A DNA stretch of 64,000 nucleotides, from assembly GCA_035460165.1 (NCBI GenBank), contig DATHWW010000017.1:8833-72832 (forward strand), written 5' to 3'. A model generated the notes under the pieces. It saw nothing but the letters and a program-made list of their open reading frames with translations, was not told the origin of the DNA and made no database searches. Below, in pieces: positions 31,408 to 41,506 of the stretch. Source of the stretch: Methylophilaceae bacterium. Its GTDB lineage: Bacteria > Pseudomonadota > Gammaproteobacteria > Burkholderiales > Methylophilaceae. Numbering within the stretch: the stretch's first letter is position 1; every line of letters begins with the position of its first letter. Both the position numbers and the translations under genes were made by a program.

Positions 31408-31418
31408 TCGGGCTCGCG

Positions 31419-32192
31419 TTACTCCGTCCGCATCGCCGCCAGATGCGCTTTCAATGCGCGGAAACTGACGCCGCGGTCGTCGCCCAGCAGGTAGGCGCGC
31501 ACCTGCCGCGTTCGCCATGCCTGCATCTGTTCCGTGGTGCGCGGCACAGCGCAGAACGGAACGCCATGCGCCTCGCACGCCTGGGCAATCATCTCGACCG
31601 CCGCCCGCACCTCGGGGTGATGCATCTGCCCGGGCACGCCATAAGACTGGGAAAGATCCACCGCCCCTTCCAGCACAAGGTCGATGCCAGGCACGGAAAG
31701 AATGTCGGGCAAATGCGTCACACCTTCCCTATCCTCGATCATCGCCACCACCATGATTTCCTGATTGGCGCGCGCAAAATAGGTAGCCAGGTCCAGCGTG
31801 CCGAAACCGGTCGTGCGTCCGCCGCTGATGCCGCGATTACCCAGCGGATGGTAGCGGCAGGCGGCGACGCTGGCCTCGGCTTCCTCGCGGTTGCGCACAT
31901 GCGGCACGACGATGCCCTGGGCGCCGGCGTCCAGCACGCGCAGGATCACGTCCGGCATGCAGCCCGGCACCCGCACCAGCGGCGTGATGCCGGCGCATTC
32001 CGCGGCACGGATCATGTTTTCCAGTGTTTCCGGATTCACGCCGACGTGCTCCAAATCCAGAATGACGAAGTCATAGCCGGCGTAGCCGATCATTTCCACC
32101 ATCAGCGGCAGCGGCAGCGAGCACAGCAGGCCGTGGACGGTTTTTCCGTCGGCCAGTGCCTGTTTAAGCCGGTTCGATTTCAGCATGCGCAT
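31419..32192 (-). CDS. HpcH/HpaI aldolase family (SbnG-like)
   Basis: GYDFVILDLEH, LDAGAQGIVVP, MIE. Confidence 0.88.
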   Translation of the reverse strand: MRMLKSNRLKQALADGKTVHGLLCSLPLPLMVEMIGYAGYDFVILDLEHVGVNPETLENMIRAAECAGITPLVRVPGCMPDVILRVLDAGAQGIVVPHVRNREEAEASVAACRYHPLGNRGISGGRTTGFGTLDLATYFARANQEIMVVAMIEDREGVTHLPDILSVPGIDLVLEGAVDLSQSYGVPGQMHHPEVRAAVEMIAQACEAHGVPFCAVPRTTEQMQAWRTRQVRAYLLGDDRGVSFRALKAHLAAMRTE

Positions 32193-33402
32193 GCACCTCC
32201 GCCGGCAGATACCATTGCGCCGGATGCGGATGGCGCAGGAAATCGTGATGCGAGATATGCCAGGCGTAAGCGCCCGCATAGGGAAACACCAGCACATCGC
32301 CGCAGCGTACGCGCTCGACCGGCGCGTCGAACGCCAGCACATCCTTGGGGGTGCACAACTGCCCGACCACGCTCACCTCTTGTTCCAGGGCCTCTGGTCG
32401 CGGCCAGTCGTAAGGCCACTGCTCGACCGGCAGCACATGGAAGGGATGGCTGTGCCCCTGCGCATACGGCGTGCGGAAATGATGCGTGCCGCCGCGCGCG
32501 ATGACGAAGGTCTTGCCGTAGCTCGGCTTGATGTCGAGCACCTGCATCGCGTAATAGCCGCACGCCGCCGTCAGGTAGCGGCCCAGTTCGAAGCGGACGG
32601 TGACGCCCGGCAGGCCGCTGTCTCGCTGCAGCGCCGCCAGTCCGCCGCTGAACATGGCCCAGTCGAATTGCCTGTCCGGCGCGCGGTAATGAATGCCGAT
32701 GCCGCCGCCGACGTTGACCTGCGCGATGGTCAGGCCATATTGCTCCCGCCATGCCTTCACCCGTGCCAGCATCGCCGTCAGCAGCCGCAGATGCGCTGCC
32801 GCGTCTAATTGATGCGACATCAAATGAAAATGAAAGCCGCGCAGGCGCAGGTGCGGATGCAAGCGCAGCCAGTCCAGGCATGCCGACAGCTGATCCACTG
32901 GAATGCCGAAAGGCGTCGGCTTGCCGCCCATCATCAGCGTGGTTTCCGCGAGACCTTCCACCGGCAGGTTGACGCGCAGTAGCACGTTCGCCGTTTTCCC
33001 CTGCACCGCTGCGATCGCCTCCAGCCGCTGCAGCTCGTGCAGGCTTTCCACATGCAGGGTTTCGACGTTGGCCGTCAGTGCTGTCGCCAGCTCGCTATCC
33101 AGCTTGCCCGGCCCGCTGAATGCCAGCGGGATGGCAGAAAAATACTGGCGTACCCAGTCGAGCTCGCCGCCGGACGAAATCTCGAAGCCATCCACCAGCG
33201 GCGCCAGCGCCTGCAGGATCGGCAACTCGGAGTTGGCCTTGACCGCATAGAACAGCTCGAACCCCGGCGGTAGCGTCGCCATCAGCGAGGCCGCATGTCG
33301 GCGCAATGCCTCCAGATCGTAGATGTAGGCGCACAGCGGCTCGTCAGCGACGGCCAGCCGCGCCCGGATGCTGGCATGGACTTCCTTCAGCCTCAATTCC
33401 AC
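32164..33402 (-). CDS. Type III PLP decarboxylase (PvsE-like)
   Basis: FYAVKAN, VGGG, ELGRY, GQLCTPKD; GTG start inferred. Confidence 0.88.
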   Translation of the reverse strand: MELRLKEVHASIRARLAVADEPLCAYIYDLEALRRHAASLMATLPPGFELFYAVKANSELPILQALAPLVDGFEISSGGELDWVRQYFSAIPLAFSGPGKLDSELATALTANVETLHVESLHELQRLEAIAAVQGKTANVLLRVNLPVEGLAETTLMMGGKPTPFGIPVDQLSACLDWLRLHPHLRLRGFHFHLMSHQLDAAAHLRLLTAMLARVKAWREQYGLTIAQVNVGGGIGIHYRAPDRQFDWAMFSGGLAALQRDSGLPGVTVRFELGRYLTAACGYYAMQVLDIKPSYGKTFVIARGGTHHFRTPYAQGHSHPFHVLPVEQWPYDWPRPEALEQEVSVVGQLCTPKDVLAFDAPVERVRCGDVLVFPYAGAYAWHISHHDFLRHPHPAQWYLPAEVHAHAEIEPA

Positions 33403-35216
33403 GCGGCGTCCTCCCGGCAGGATTGCAGCGGGTTCGTCACTGGGACATATGTCGTAGCGCGGTCGGCACGCTTGAAAAATCGGTTCATCAAGTTGGTCTT
33501 GCCGGCGAACGGCATGCCGGCCAGCAATGGCCCGATGCGCGTCGCGGAAGCAGTGTCGCCGTGCGCCTGTTGGTAGCGTTCCAGCTGCGCGCGAACGATG
33601 CGCCACAAGCGCTGCTGCAGCGCCGGATCGCCGGCGCCGAGTTGCGCGATCGCTTCACACAGATTGTTGACGAACAGGCAATAGACGATGCGGTTCCAGC
33701 CGAGATCGGCGCCGTACCAGAGCGCTTCGCGCGCCCGCGGACTAATTTCCTGCAATTGATCCGCACCATAACGCTCGCGCACCAGCTTCACACCTTCGAA
33801 ATCGCGCAAATAAAGCTGCTGCGGACCATGCGCATCGACCGCGATCACCACGTTCTGCAAATGCGGCTCGAACACGACGCCGTACGCAAAATAACAATGC
33901 AGCACCGGCATCATCAGCCGCTCGGCGTAGTCCGCAAACCACTGTTCGGCTGCCGCGCGATACGGCATTGCCGATGGCAGCATTTCGCGCATGCGCGCTT
34001 CGCCGGGTTTGTGATTGCCAAACAGCGCACCGGCCAGCAGCGGCGTCGCTCCCGCACGTAAGCTGCCGTCGAAGCCGCGGCGCAGGATCATGCCGAAGCC
34101 TTCGGTGATTTCCTTGTCGCGCTGCGCGTCGCCGAGCTGGAGGTTGACCGATTGGTAAGCCGGCTCCTCCATCACTTCAAGGTCCGGAAAGCGCGCCTTC
34201 AGATCGGGCAGCAGCGTGCGCATCAGCCGCGTCACCTGCAGCGCGCCCTCCAGTTCGTACACCGCGTTCTTGCGCACGCAATTGGTGATGCGGATGTTGA
34301 GCGAGCATTTGTAGAAATAAGGATTATCCGGATGAAACAGCGTACGGATGGACGAAGTCGGCAGATACGCCGCCCCCTGCATGCCGAGGTCGCGCAGGCG
34401 GCCGTCGCGCAATGCGGCCTGCACGTCGGGATGCGCCAGCAGATAACGCGCTTGCCAGGGGTGCGTCGGCATCAATGCAAATTCGGCCTCGTCGCCTAGC
34501 CCTACCGGCGCCTGCGCTGCCACGATGCGGTCGCACGCTGTGTCGAGCAGCGACTGCTGCAACAAGTGTTCGCGCCGCACCGCGAAATAATGCAACGGAA
34601 ACTCCGCCCCCATCTCCGGCGAATAGCGCAGCATGTCCGCGTGCGATACACCCTGCCGGCTCTTGGGTGCAGGATGGAACGGGTGGCCGTAGACCAGCGA
34701 TTGCTCGGAGGCGATATAGGCCTCCAGCGGATCCGCCGGAAATGGCCCGGGCTGCGCCGACTGGAGAATCGCCGTAGTGACCGTCACACTATCGCGGATC
34801 TGCGCGCGCAATTCGTCATTCGGCGGCGTATCCGTTTGCAGCGCCAGTTCGCGCAGCAGCAGCGCCGTCAGCTCTTCTCCATCGAGCAGCGCCCACGGCT
34901 TGCCCGAAGCCTTGTGGTAGAACGGCGAACGGTAACGGTAATTGCCAGTGCGCGACGCATGCTCGACTACCGTCAGCAGGCGGGCTTCCGTCATCGGCAA
35001 GATGACGTGCATCGCGCTGCCGCCCTGGCTGCGCATCGCGACGTGCACCGACTGCGGCCAATCGTTCTGCCCAAATAGCGGGCCGACCTGCAACTGTCCT
35101 TGCGGACCCGCCACCTCGCGGCAATAGCAGTTGAGCAGGGTTTCCATGGCGCGCCGGCCGGCTTCATGCCGGGCCAGCAGCGCTGGGGTTATCGGTCTTG
35201 CGTATTGTGTTTGCAT
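33393..35216 (-). CDS. IucA/IucC NIS synthetase (PvsD-like)
   Basis: GHPFHP, HPWQ, TSSIRT, EPHLQN, RDFEG. Confidence 0.92.
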   Translation of the reverse strand: MQTQYARPITPALLARHEAGRRAMETLLNCYCREVAGPQGQLQVGPLFGQNDWPQSVHVAMRSQGGSAMHVILPMTEARLLTVVEHASRTGNYRYRSPFYHKASGKPWALLDGEELTALLLRELALQTDTPPNDELRAQIRDSVTVTTAILQSAQPGPFPADPLEAYIASEQSLVYGHPFHPAPKSRQGVSHADMLRYSPEMGAEFPLHYFAVRREHLLQQSLLDTACDRIVAAQAPVGLGDEAEFALMPTHPWQARYLLAHPDVQAALRDGRLRDLGMQGAAYLPTSSIRTLFHPDNPYFYKCSLNIRITNCVRKNAVYELEGALQVTRLMRTLLPDLKARFPDLEVMEEPAYQSVNLQLGDAQRDKEITEGFGMILRRGFDGSLRAGATPLLAGALFGNHKPGEARMREMLPSAMPYRAAAEQWFADYAERLMMPVLHCYFAYGVVFEPHLQNVVIAVDAHGPQQLYLRDFEGVKLVRERYGADQLQEISPRAREALWYGADLGWNRIVYCLFVNNLCEAIAQLGAGDPALQQRLWRIVRAQLERYQQAHGDTASATRIGPLLAGMPFAGKTNLMNRFFKRADRATTYVPVTNPLQSCREDAAWN

Positions 35217-35227
35217 GTGAACTCCTT

Positions 35228-36400
35228 TCAGGAATTGCCGAGGCCCGGGCGCGCGACCGCCATCGCGGCAAGATAGCCGGAGGCGATCAGCAGCGCCGTG
35301 GCACCGATGAAAAACGGAAAACGTGCGTCGAATACATGGGCCACGAGACCAGCCGTGAAACCAGCCAATACCGCGCCCCACTTGGAGCCGCTTTCCAGCC
35401 AGCCGAACGTGCTCCCGGCTCTGGCTTGCTGCACAACGTCGGCGATGAGACCGTTAAGGCTGACCATCGCAGCCGTCATGCCCAAGCCCATCAGCAGCCG
35501 CCATGCGGTCAGTGCCGACCACGTCGACGCCCACACCTGCCCCAGCAGCGATGCTGCCAGCAGCAGAAGCGCAACCTTGAGCGCGGACACCCGGCCGCGG
35601 TCTTCCAGCCAGCGGCTGATCGGCAGCGAGCCCACCAGGTAAACAAGGTGCGGCAAGCCAAAAAGCAAGCCCGCCACGGCCGGAGTTGCAGCCATGCCGG
35701 CGTCCTGGGCATAGGGGATGAAATACGGGAACGTCACCACGGTGGAGAACACCAGCACAAACTGCAGCCAGTAGACCTGCCACGGCGTGGCCTCGGCGCC
35801 GGCAACGCGTGGCTTTCCCGCGACCGCCTCCACTGCCGGCGCCGTGCCAGGCGGCAACCACCACAGCATCGCCGCCGCCAGCAACGGCAGCAACGCGAGA
35901 TAGCGGTAAAGCTGAATGGGCGACTCCACCTCGACCAGCAGCACCCCCAGCCCCACCGGAGCCGCGATCAATGCGGCGCGAGCGGACCACTGCATCCAGT
36001 TGAGGCTGCGCGCCAGTGCTTTGCCGCTGACGAGGGTCGTCAAGTAAGCGTTGGAGGCGGCGAACGTACCGCCCAGCAAGCCTTGCAATACCAGCCCCAC
36101 CACAAACACACGCACGTCCGGCGCAAAGCCGGCCAGCAAAAAACTCGCCGCCAACCCAAGCTGGGCACGCAGCAGCAGCGGTTTCTTGTCATAGCGGTCG
36201 GCCAGCTTTCCCCACCACGGGCTGCTCATCGCGGTAAACAGGATGGGCACGACATACAGCCAGCCCGCAAGAAATTGCGCATCGCTATGCAAAGACTGCT
36301 CGAGGATCAGCGCGAAGAACGGCGGCATGCCCAGTGCCGCGAACGCCGCAACGAAGTGGCAGCCCATCACCGTGACCACCACATGGCGTTGCGTGGTCAT
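35228..36400 (-). CDS. MFS siderophore exporter (PvsC-like)
   Basis: Multi-TM protein with WGKLADRY..KPLLLRAQLGL. Confidence 0.88.
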   Translation of the reverse strand: MTTQRHVVVTVMGCHFVAAFAALGMPPFFALILEQSLHSDAQFLAGWLYVVPILFTAMSSPWWGKLADRYDKKPLLLRAQLGLAASFLLAGFAPDVRVFVVGLVLQGLLGGTFAASNAYLTTLVSGKALARSLNWMQWSARAALIAAPVGLGVLLVEVESPIQLYRYLALLPLLAAAMLWWLPPGTAPAVEAVAGKPRVAGAEATPWQVYWLQFVLVFSTVVTFPYFIPYAQDAGMAATPAVAGLLFGLPHLVYLVGSLPISRWLEDRGRVSALKVALLLLAASLLGQVWASTWSALTAWRLLMGLGMTAAMVSLNGLIADVVQQARAGSTFGWLESGSKWGAVLAGFTAGLVAHVFDARFPFFIGATALLIASGYLAAMAVARPGLGNS

Positions 36401-38241
36401 GCCCTCGGCCTCAGAAAGTTGGGCGCACTGCGACCGTAGTATTTGTTGACGTCCGCCGCGCCGGTATCGGATTTTTCCGCCAGTGTGGCCGCGATCAACA
36501 GGTATTTGGTGTATTGCCACTCGTCTTCCAGCAGCACCTGCCGTGCATATGCGACCTCCTCGCCTTCTTCCGCCAACCCATCCAGCACCGTCTCGATACG
36601 GCCTCGCAGGGCGGCGTATAGCGTTGCAGGCGCCTGGCCCAGCAGCGGCGCAAGGCCTTCCACCAATACCGCGATATTGAGTTGCAGGGTGATGGTGGTG
36701 AACATCTGCGCCAGCGGCAATGCCGCGTCCACACAAATGCGGCGATCCTGCAGGTTGTCGGTCAGCGCCGCCAAATCTGGCCGGCGCCAGGCCAGGTGCC
36801 CGGGATGGATGCGTGCTGCATCGTTGTCCTTGAGCAGCAGCCGCAGTCGTGGCTCGTGTGGGCTCAGCACGACCACGGAATTCTGCTGATTGGATTCCAG
36901 CGCGATGCCGTAGCGCAGCCACAGGCGTAGATGCAGTTGCAGCGTGAGGTCCAGGTATTCGCTCAGGAAAGCCGCCAGATCGCCAGCGTAGAATTGGTCC
37001 GCCAGCACCTGCGCGACTAGCCTGCCATCCGGCGTGCCGGCGAGCAGCGAGGCCACCGGCACCAGCGTCGCATCTTGCAGCGCCTCGCTCGGATAGCGGC
37101 GCAGGATATAGCCGAGGGAAGACTGGTGCTGCACATGTGCGCCGCACTGCTCGTGCGTCAGCAACACACGATCACGCAACGCGGGTTCGTCGGCCACCAG
37201 CCCGGCCAGCAAGGACTGGATGCAATGACCGTCGTGGATCGTGCTCGGCTTGATGGTGCGGATGTTCTTGGCGCCCAGCGTGCGTATCGTCAGCGGCAGC
37301 TTGAGATGCCATGTCGGCGCCGCCTCCAGCGCCACGGTGCGTACCGACAGCGTCGGCCTGACCGCAAGATAAGCGCCAGGCGCACGCACGGTTTCGGCTG
37401 CCCAGCCTTGCTCGCGCAGGAACCCGTCGAGATGGTGCTGCCACACATACGGATGTACAGGTATCAGCGCATGGGTGGACGCCAGGCTCGCCGGCAGCCC
37501 GACGTCCGCCATGCGCGGCCATACCTCCGGCCACCCCGCTTCTTGCTGCGCGCTGGGGTGATAAAGGGCGTGCGGCACAGCCAGCCAGCGCAACTCGAAA
37601 CGGGGCTGGAATTCCGGTGCGTAAGCGGCCAGCGCATCCGCATCGAAGCCCAGCTTGGCGCGCGCGGTGGGATAGAAGGGATGATCGAGGAAAGCCCCCA
37701 AGCGGTCGAAATGCAGCAGGCGCTCGTGCCAGGTGGTGGTGCCCAAGAATTCCCGACCGCTGCTCTGTTCGTTGAACCAGCGCTCACGTTCCGTTTCGCA
37801 GAGGGCTCCGTGCGCCGTCGCTGTCGCACACTCTTCGGCGAAGGCTGCATATAGTTCGGCGTCCGAGTCCGGCAATTCGCGCGCGAAGCTCGCCATAATC
37901 TCTTCCAGATCATGCAGCAACCGCACCCGGGCACCCTGTTGCGCGATAAGCGGCAAGCCGGCGCTGCGCCACGACTGCATGAAGCTCGCCGGCGCGACCG
38001 GCAGCCATAGGCAATAATCGTCGGCATAATTCGCCACCCGGAGCCAGTGCGCATGCTCGCCGGCATGGCGCAGCAGCGCGGCAGGCAAGGCTGCACGCGG
38101 CACCACTGCTCCGCCACTCATGCAGCCGCGCACATCCTCGCGCAGCAGTGCGTCCAGCACGCGCTGGCAGATGTAAACCGCATGCGTCTCCGGCGCGGGT
38201 TGCGCTTCAGGCGCCCTCAATAATGCCGGCTGCCCGCTCAT
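36397..38241 (-). CDS. IucA/IucC NIS synthetase (PvsB-like)
   Basis: DHPFYPTARAK, PTLSVRT, ESNQQN, KDND. Confidence 0.92.
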   Translation of the reverse strand: MSGQPALLRAPEAQPAPETHAVYICQRVLDALLREDVRGCMSGGAVVPRAALPAALLRHAGEHAHWLRVANYADDYCLWLPVAPASFMQSWRSAGLPLIAQQGARVRLLHDLEEIMASFARELPDSDAELYAAFAEECATATAHGALCETERERWFNEQSSGREFLGTTTWHERLLHFDRLGAFLDHPFYPTARAKLGFDADALAAYAPEFQPRFELRWLAVPHALYHPSAQQEAGWPEVWPRMADVGLPASLASTHALIPVHPYVWQHHLDGFLREQGWAAETVRAPGAYLAVRPTLSVRTVALEAAPTWHLKLPLTIRTLGAKNIRTIKPSTIHDGHCIQSLLAGLVADEPALRDRVLLTHEQCGAHVQHQSSLGYILRRYPSEALQDATLVPVASLLAGTPDGRLVAQVLADQFYAGDLAAFLSEYLDLTLQLHLRLWLRYGIALESNQQNSVVVLSPHEPRLRLLLKDNDAARIHPGHLAWRRPDLAALTDNLQDRRICVDAALPLAQMFTTITLQLNIAVLVEGLAPLLGQAPATLYAALRGRIETVLDGLAEEGEEVAYARQVLLEDEWQYTKYLLIAATLAEKSDTGAADVNKYYGRSAPNFLRPRA

Positions 38242-39446
38242 GCCGCGATCTCCCAGGCGAAGCTCCGGCTGACACGATCCATTTCATGCACGAGTGCGTT
38301 GATGTCAGTGCCGATGCCGCGCAGTACGCCGAGATAATCCTTGTTTGAATGGGTCAGGCTGAGCGCTTCGCCGATGTGGCGCAGTGGCTTGTAACTGAGG
38401 CGTATGCCCTCGGTATGGCTGGCGAAAGCTTGCGGCATACTGACGAGCTGGCCTGGCGACCGGGCGGTGAAATAGCGGATCAACGCAGCATTGGAAGCAA
38501 GGTCGAGCGACGGCAACGATTCGCCGATGTAGAGCCGCAGCACCTGTTCGAACAGTGGGATGCCCAACGTTTCCTGTAGCAGGAACTCGCGGTAATCGCC
38601 GATGCAACGATAATTGACTTCAATCAGCCGCGGGCCGGATTCGGTCAGCACGAATTCGGTATGGCAGGCGCCGAAGCCCACGCCGAGGGCGTGGATCATG
38701 TCCACCACTTGCTGTTCGATATCCGGCAGCAGCCCTGTTCCCCAGCGCGCTGCGAGTTCGATGAAATTGGGCGGCGGCGACAACTCGACCTGGAAGCCGC
38801 CCAGCACCTGCAGAGACTTGCCGTCGCCCAGCGTTTCGAGCGTATACAGCGATCCGGGAATGTATTCTTCCAGCAGCAGCGGGTAGCCCGGCTGCTCCGC
38901 CCACAGGCGCTGGCATTGCGATTCCAGCGCAGCGCGGTCCGCGCATAGCGACACCTGCAGGCTGGCGACGCCCTCGCGCGGTTTGACGATGCACGGAAAC
39001 GGCACTTCGTCGAGCAACTCCGCTAACCGCTCGACATGGCATACCGTTGCATGCCATAGCATATCCGCCCCGCTGCGCTGCTGCGACGCGCGCATCTCGG
39101 CCTTGTTCTTCACACGGTAAGCCGTCTGCCAATCCTTGCGTGGCAGATCGAAATAGGCAGCGGCGATGGAGGTGCTGGCCTGCAAGTGATCGCTATTGGA
39201 AAAAATTGCGGCCGGCTGTTCGATGCGGCAAGTGATTGCGCCGATTACGGCCAGCGGGTTGAACACGTCGCAGGCGATGATCTCGACCGGATAGGCCGAC
39301 AGACCTGCCTGGCCGAAGTATTGGCGATGGACCTCCGCATGGTCGGTCAGCAGAACGACCGGGTGGCCCAGCTTCGCCGCCGCCGGGATGAAACCTTCAT
39401 TTATCGAATCCGTTGGCACGTGCGCCAGCATGATGATTTCTTGCAT
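38238..39446 (-). CDS. ATP-grasp amide ligase (PvsA-like)
   Basis: KPREGVAS, EEYI, HTEF, IEVNYR. Confidence 0.9.
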   Translation of the reverse strand: MQEIIMLAHVPTDSINEGFIPAAAKLGHPVVLLTDHAEVHRQYFGQAGLSAYPVEIIACDVFNPLAVIGAITCRIEQPAAIFSNSDHLQASTSIAAAYFDLPRKDWQTAYRVKNKAEMRASQQRSGADMLWHATVCHVERLAELLDEVPFPCIVKPREGVASLQVSLCADRAALESQCQRLWAEQPGYPLLLEEYIPGSLYTLETLGDGKSLQVLGGFQVELSPPPNFIELAARWGTGLLPDIEQQVVDMIHALGVGFGACHTEFVLTESGPRLIEVNYRCIGDYREFLLQETLGIPLFEQVLRLYIGESLPSLDLASNAALIRYFTARSPGQLVSMPQAFASHTEGIRLSYKPLRHIGEALSLTHSNKDYLGVLRGIGTDINALVHEMDRVSRSFAWEIAA

Positions 39447-39666
39447 ATGTCATCCTTTGTTGAGTAATGGCTGCCGGCAAGGTTTTGCGCGTACAGCCAA
39501 GGTTTTTGTTATCGGATGAGCAGCAGGGTGGGGGCTAACTAGCGTGAGCCTGCCGCTCGGAATATGCCCGCGAGGCGGGCATCGAATGGCTGGCGTTCCC
39601 TGGAAGTGAGATAGAAGCTGGCTAAGCGGGATCGAAATGAGTCGATCCGGGCGAAACAACTATAAT

Positions 39667-39685
39667 ATTAATGAGAATCATTATC
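39667..39685. promoter_or_regulatory. Fur box
   Basis: ATTAATGAGAATCATTATC, 16/19 match to GATAATGATAATCATTATC, upstream of the siderophore operon. Confidence 0.85.
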
Positions 39686-39839
39686 AATAGTGAGCGGCGC
39701 GCTTCTGTTCGTCCTCATGTAGTCCGAACGGAAGATTGCCCTCCTGCCGATATACCCCTTTGGGTAAGGATTTTCGCGGGAATTACTCGCCAAAAGCCCT
39801 GTCGGAATAACATGACACCTGCGGAATTAGGAGAATGCC

Positions 39840-40337
39840 ATGATCCGCAATCCCATCGATGCCTCCGTCCAGGTCAGCCCCGAACTCTCCGTACTGATCG
39901 AACACCGGGTAAACGACTCCGATCTCGAAACTCCCGTCACCCTGGGCGAGATGCGCGACTTCGTCGAAGGCATCATGCCGAGCGCGCTCCTGGAAAGCGA
40001 AAGCCTGCATCACTTCGGCCCTGACGAATCCCACCTGAACGAGCTGAACGCCCTCATCGAAGCATACGGCGAAGATGCCCTCGCCATCGAATTCATCCGC
40101 ACCGCCGCCAGCGAAGCCATGACCAGAGTCATCGAAAGCGCCATCAACGATGACAATCATGAATCGCCCACGCTCGCAGATATCCGCGACGCCCTCCACG
40201 CTGGCCTTTCAAACCGCTTGGTCGGCGAAGGCGTGCTGGATGATGACGAAGACGACCCCTTGCTCGCGGAACTCGACTTTCTTATCGAACGCCACGGCCT
40301 GGACATGCTCGCCGAGCACCTGATTCGCTATGAATGA
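39840..40337 (+). CDS. Acidic hypothetical protein with an internal duplication
   Basis: Strong RBS (AGGAGA); two TL.E/D.RD...L.EL..LIE..G.D.LA repeats. Confidence 0.75.
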   Translation: MIRNPIDASVQVSPELSVLIEHRVNDSDLETPVTLGEMRDFVEGIMPSALLESESLHHFGPDESHLNELNALIEAYGEDALAIEFIRTAASEAMTRVIESAINDDNHESPTLADIRDALHAGLSNRLVGEGVLDDDEDDPLLAELDFLIERHGLDMLAEHLIRYE

Positions 40338-40369
40338 CACGACACGCGGGGAAATGCTGTAATAGCGCT

Positions 40370-40702
40370 ATGGGAATGAACCACCTATACGCGGCCAAGG
40401 AACCGACCCGCGCTGAAATCGACGCTTTGACCGAGCCGGCGATTCTGGAATTCGGCGCCCCGTGGTGCGGCTTTTGCCGCGCCGCTCAGCCGTTGCTGGC
40501 GGCCGCTTTCGAGCAATACCCCACCGTGCGTCACATCAAAATCGAAGACGGACGGGGCCGCCGGCTCGGACGTTCGTTTCGGGTAAAGCTCTGGCCGACG
40601 CTGATTTTCATGCGCAATGGCGAAGAAATGGAGCGTCTGGTGCGGCCCGACGATATCGAATTAATCCGGACCACGATGCAAAAAGTGTTTGCACCCGCCT
40701 GA
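40370..40702 (+). CDS. Thioredoxin family protein
   Basis: WCGFC and VKLWPT. Confidence 0.88.
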   Translation: MGMNHLYAAKEPTRAEIDALTEPAILEFGAPWCGFCRAAQPLLAAAFEQYPTVRHIKIEDGRGRRLGRSFRVKLWPTLIFMRNGEEMERLVRPDDIELIRTTMQKVFAPA

Positions 40703-40727
40703 CCGCTGCCAGCCAGATTTACAGTTT

Positions 40728-41336
40728 TCAAACCTCGGCATCAGCCAAGCTGAGCGCTCCCGGGCCGTGTATCGTGCCCTTGCCGGAAGATTTGGCGAGT
40801 TTGAGGTTATTGCAGGCTATTTCCAGCATGTGCCCCGGCGTTTGGTCCGCGCGCGGCACATCGACCGCATAGCCCACGCATACCGATAAATACTGCCGGG
40901 TTTGCCGGTTGAGGATGCGCAGGGATTGCACGCGATCACGGATGCGAAGGGCCTGGATCTTGGCTTGTGCTTCCGACATGTCTGCCGCGAGAACGACAAA
41001 TCGATCGCCTTCGTATCTTGCAACAAAATCCGTGGAACGCCGGGAGAGCAGAACCAACGTCTTCGCGATCTTTTGCAACGCATAATCCCCGGATCGGCTG
41101 TCCACGGCATTGAATGAATTGAACTGGTCCACGTCGATGACAAACAGCACGAGGGCCTCCTGCTTCTTGGCGGCGATCCGCCATCGAATCTCGTACTGGA
41201 CATTGAAGAATTCGCGATGAATAACGCGCGTCAAGCAATCCACCATTTCAATGCGCGGTATGGGATTGCTCTCCCGGCTTTCCTCATTAGATTGCAGCAT
41301 CCCCCGAAGCGGCAACCCCAGCATAGTCAAATCCAC
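40728..41336 (-). CDS. Degenerate stand-alone GGDEF protein
   Basis: DCLT, IDVDQF..FN, RSTDFVARYEGDRF. Confidence 0.82.
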   Translation of the reverse strand: MDLTMLGLPLRGMLQSNEESRESNPIPRIEMVDCLTRVIHREFFNVQYEIRWRIAAKKQEALVLFVIDVDQFNSFNAVDSRSGDYALQKIAKTLVLLSRRSTDFVARYEGDRFVVLAADMSEAQAKIQALRIRDRVQSLRILNRQTRQYLSVCVGYAVDVPRADQTPGHMLEIACNNLKLAKSSGKGTIHGPGALSLADAEV

Positions 41337-41506
41337 CTTGCTTCTCCCTTGTGTTTTTTGATCCGCATATCCTGCGAATTATGCATATCGCATAACAATA
41401 GCCCAAATCGGACAATCATTCATGTAGTTGCACAAGATCATGCAGCAATTCTGCGTATCGCTTGTCCAATTAGAAACCAACTGTTTACGACAGGGTTTAA
41501 ATAGTC

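Noticed and set aside
35228-37147. 639-aa MFS fusion in the ORF track
   Set aside because: The N-terminal extension overlaps the NIS synthetase in another frame; the likely start is the ATG at 36400
41481-41493. LexA box upstream of the phage gene pair
   Set aside because: CTGT-N5-ACAG has the wrong spacing; N8 is required
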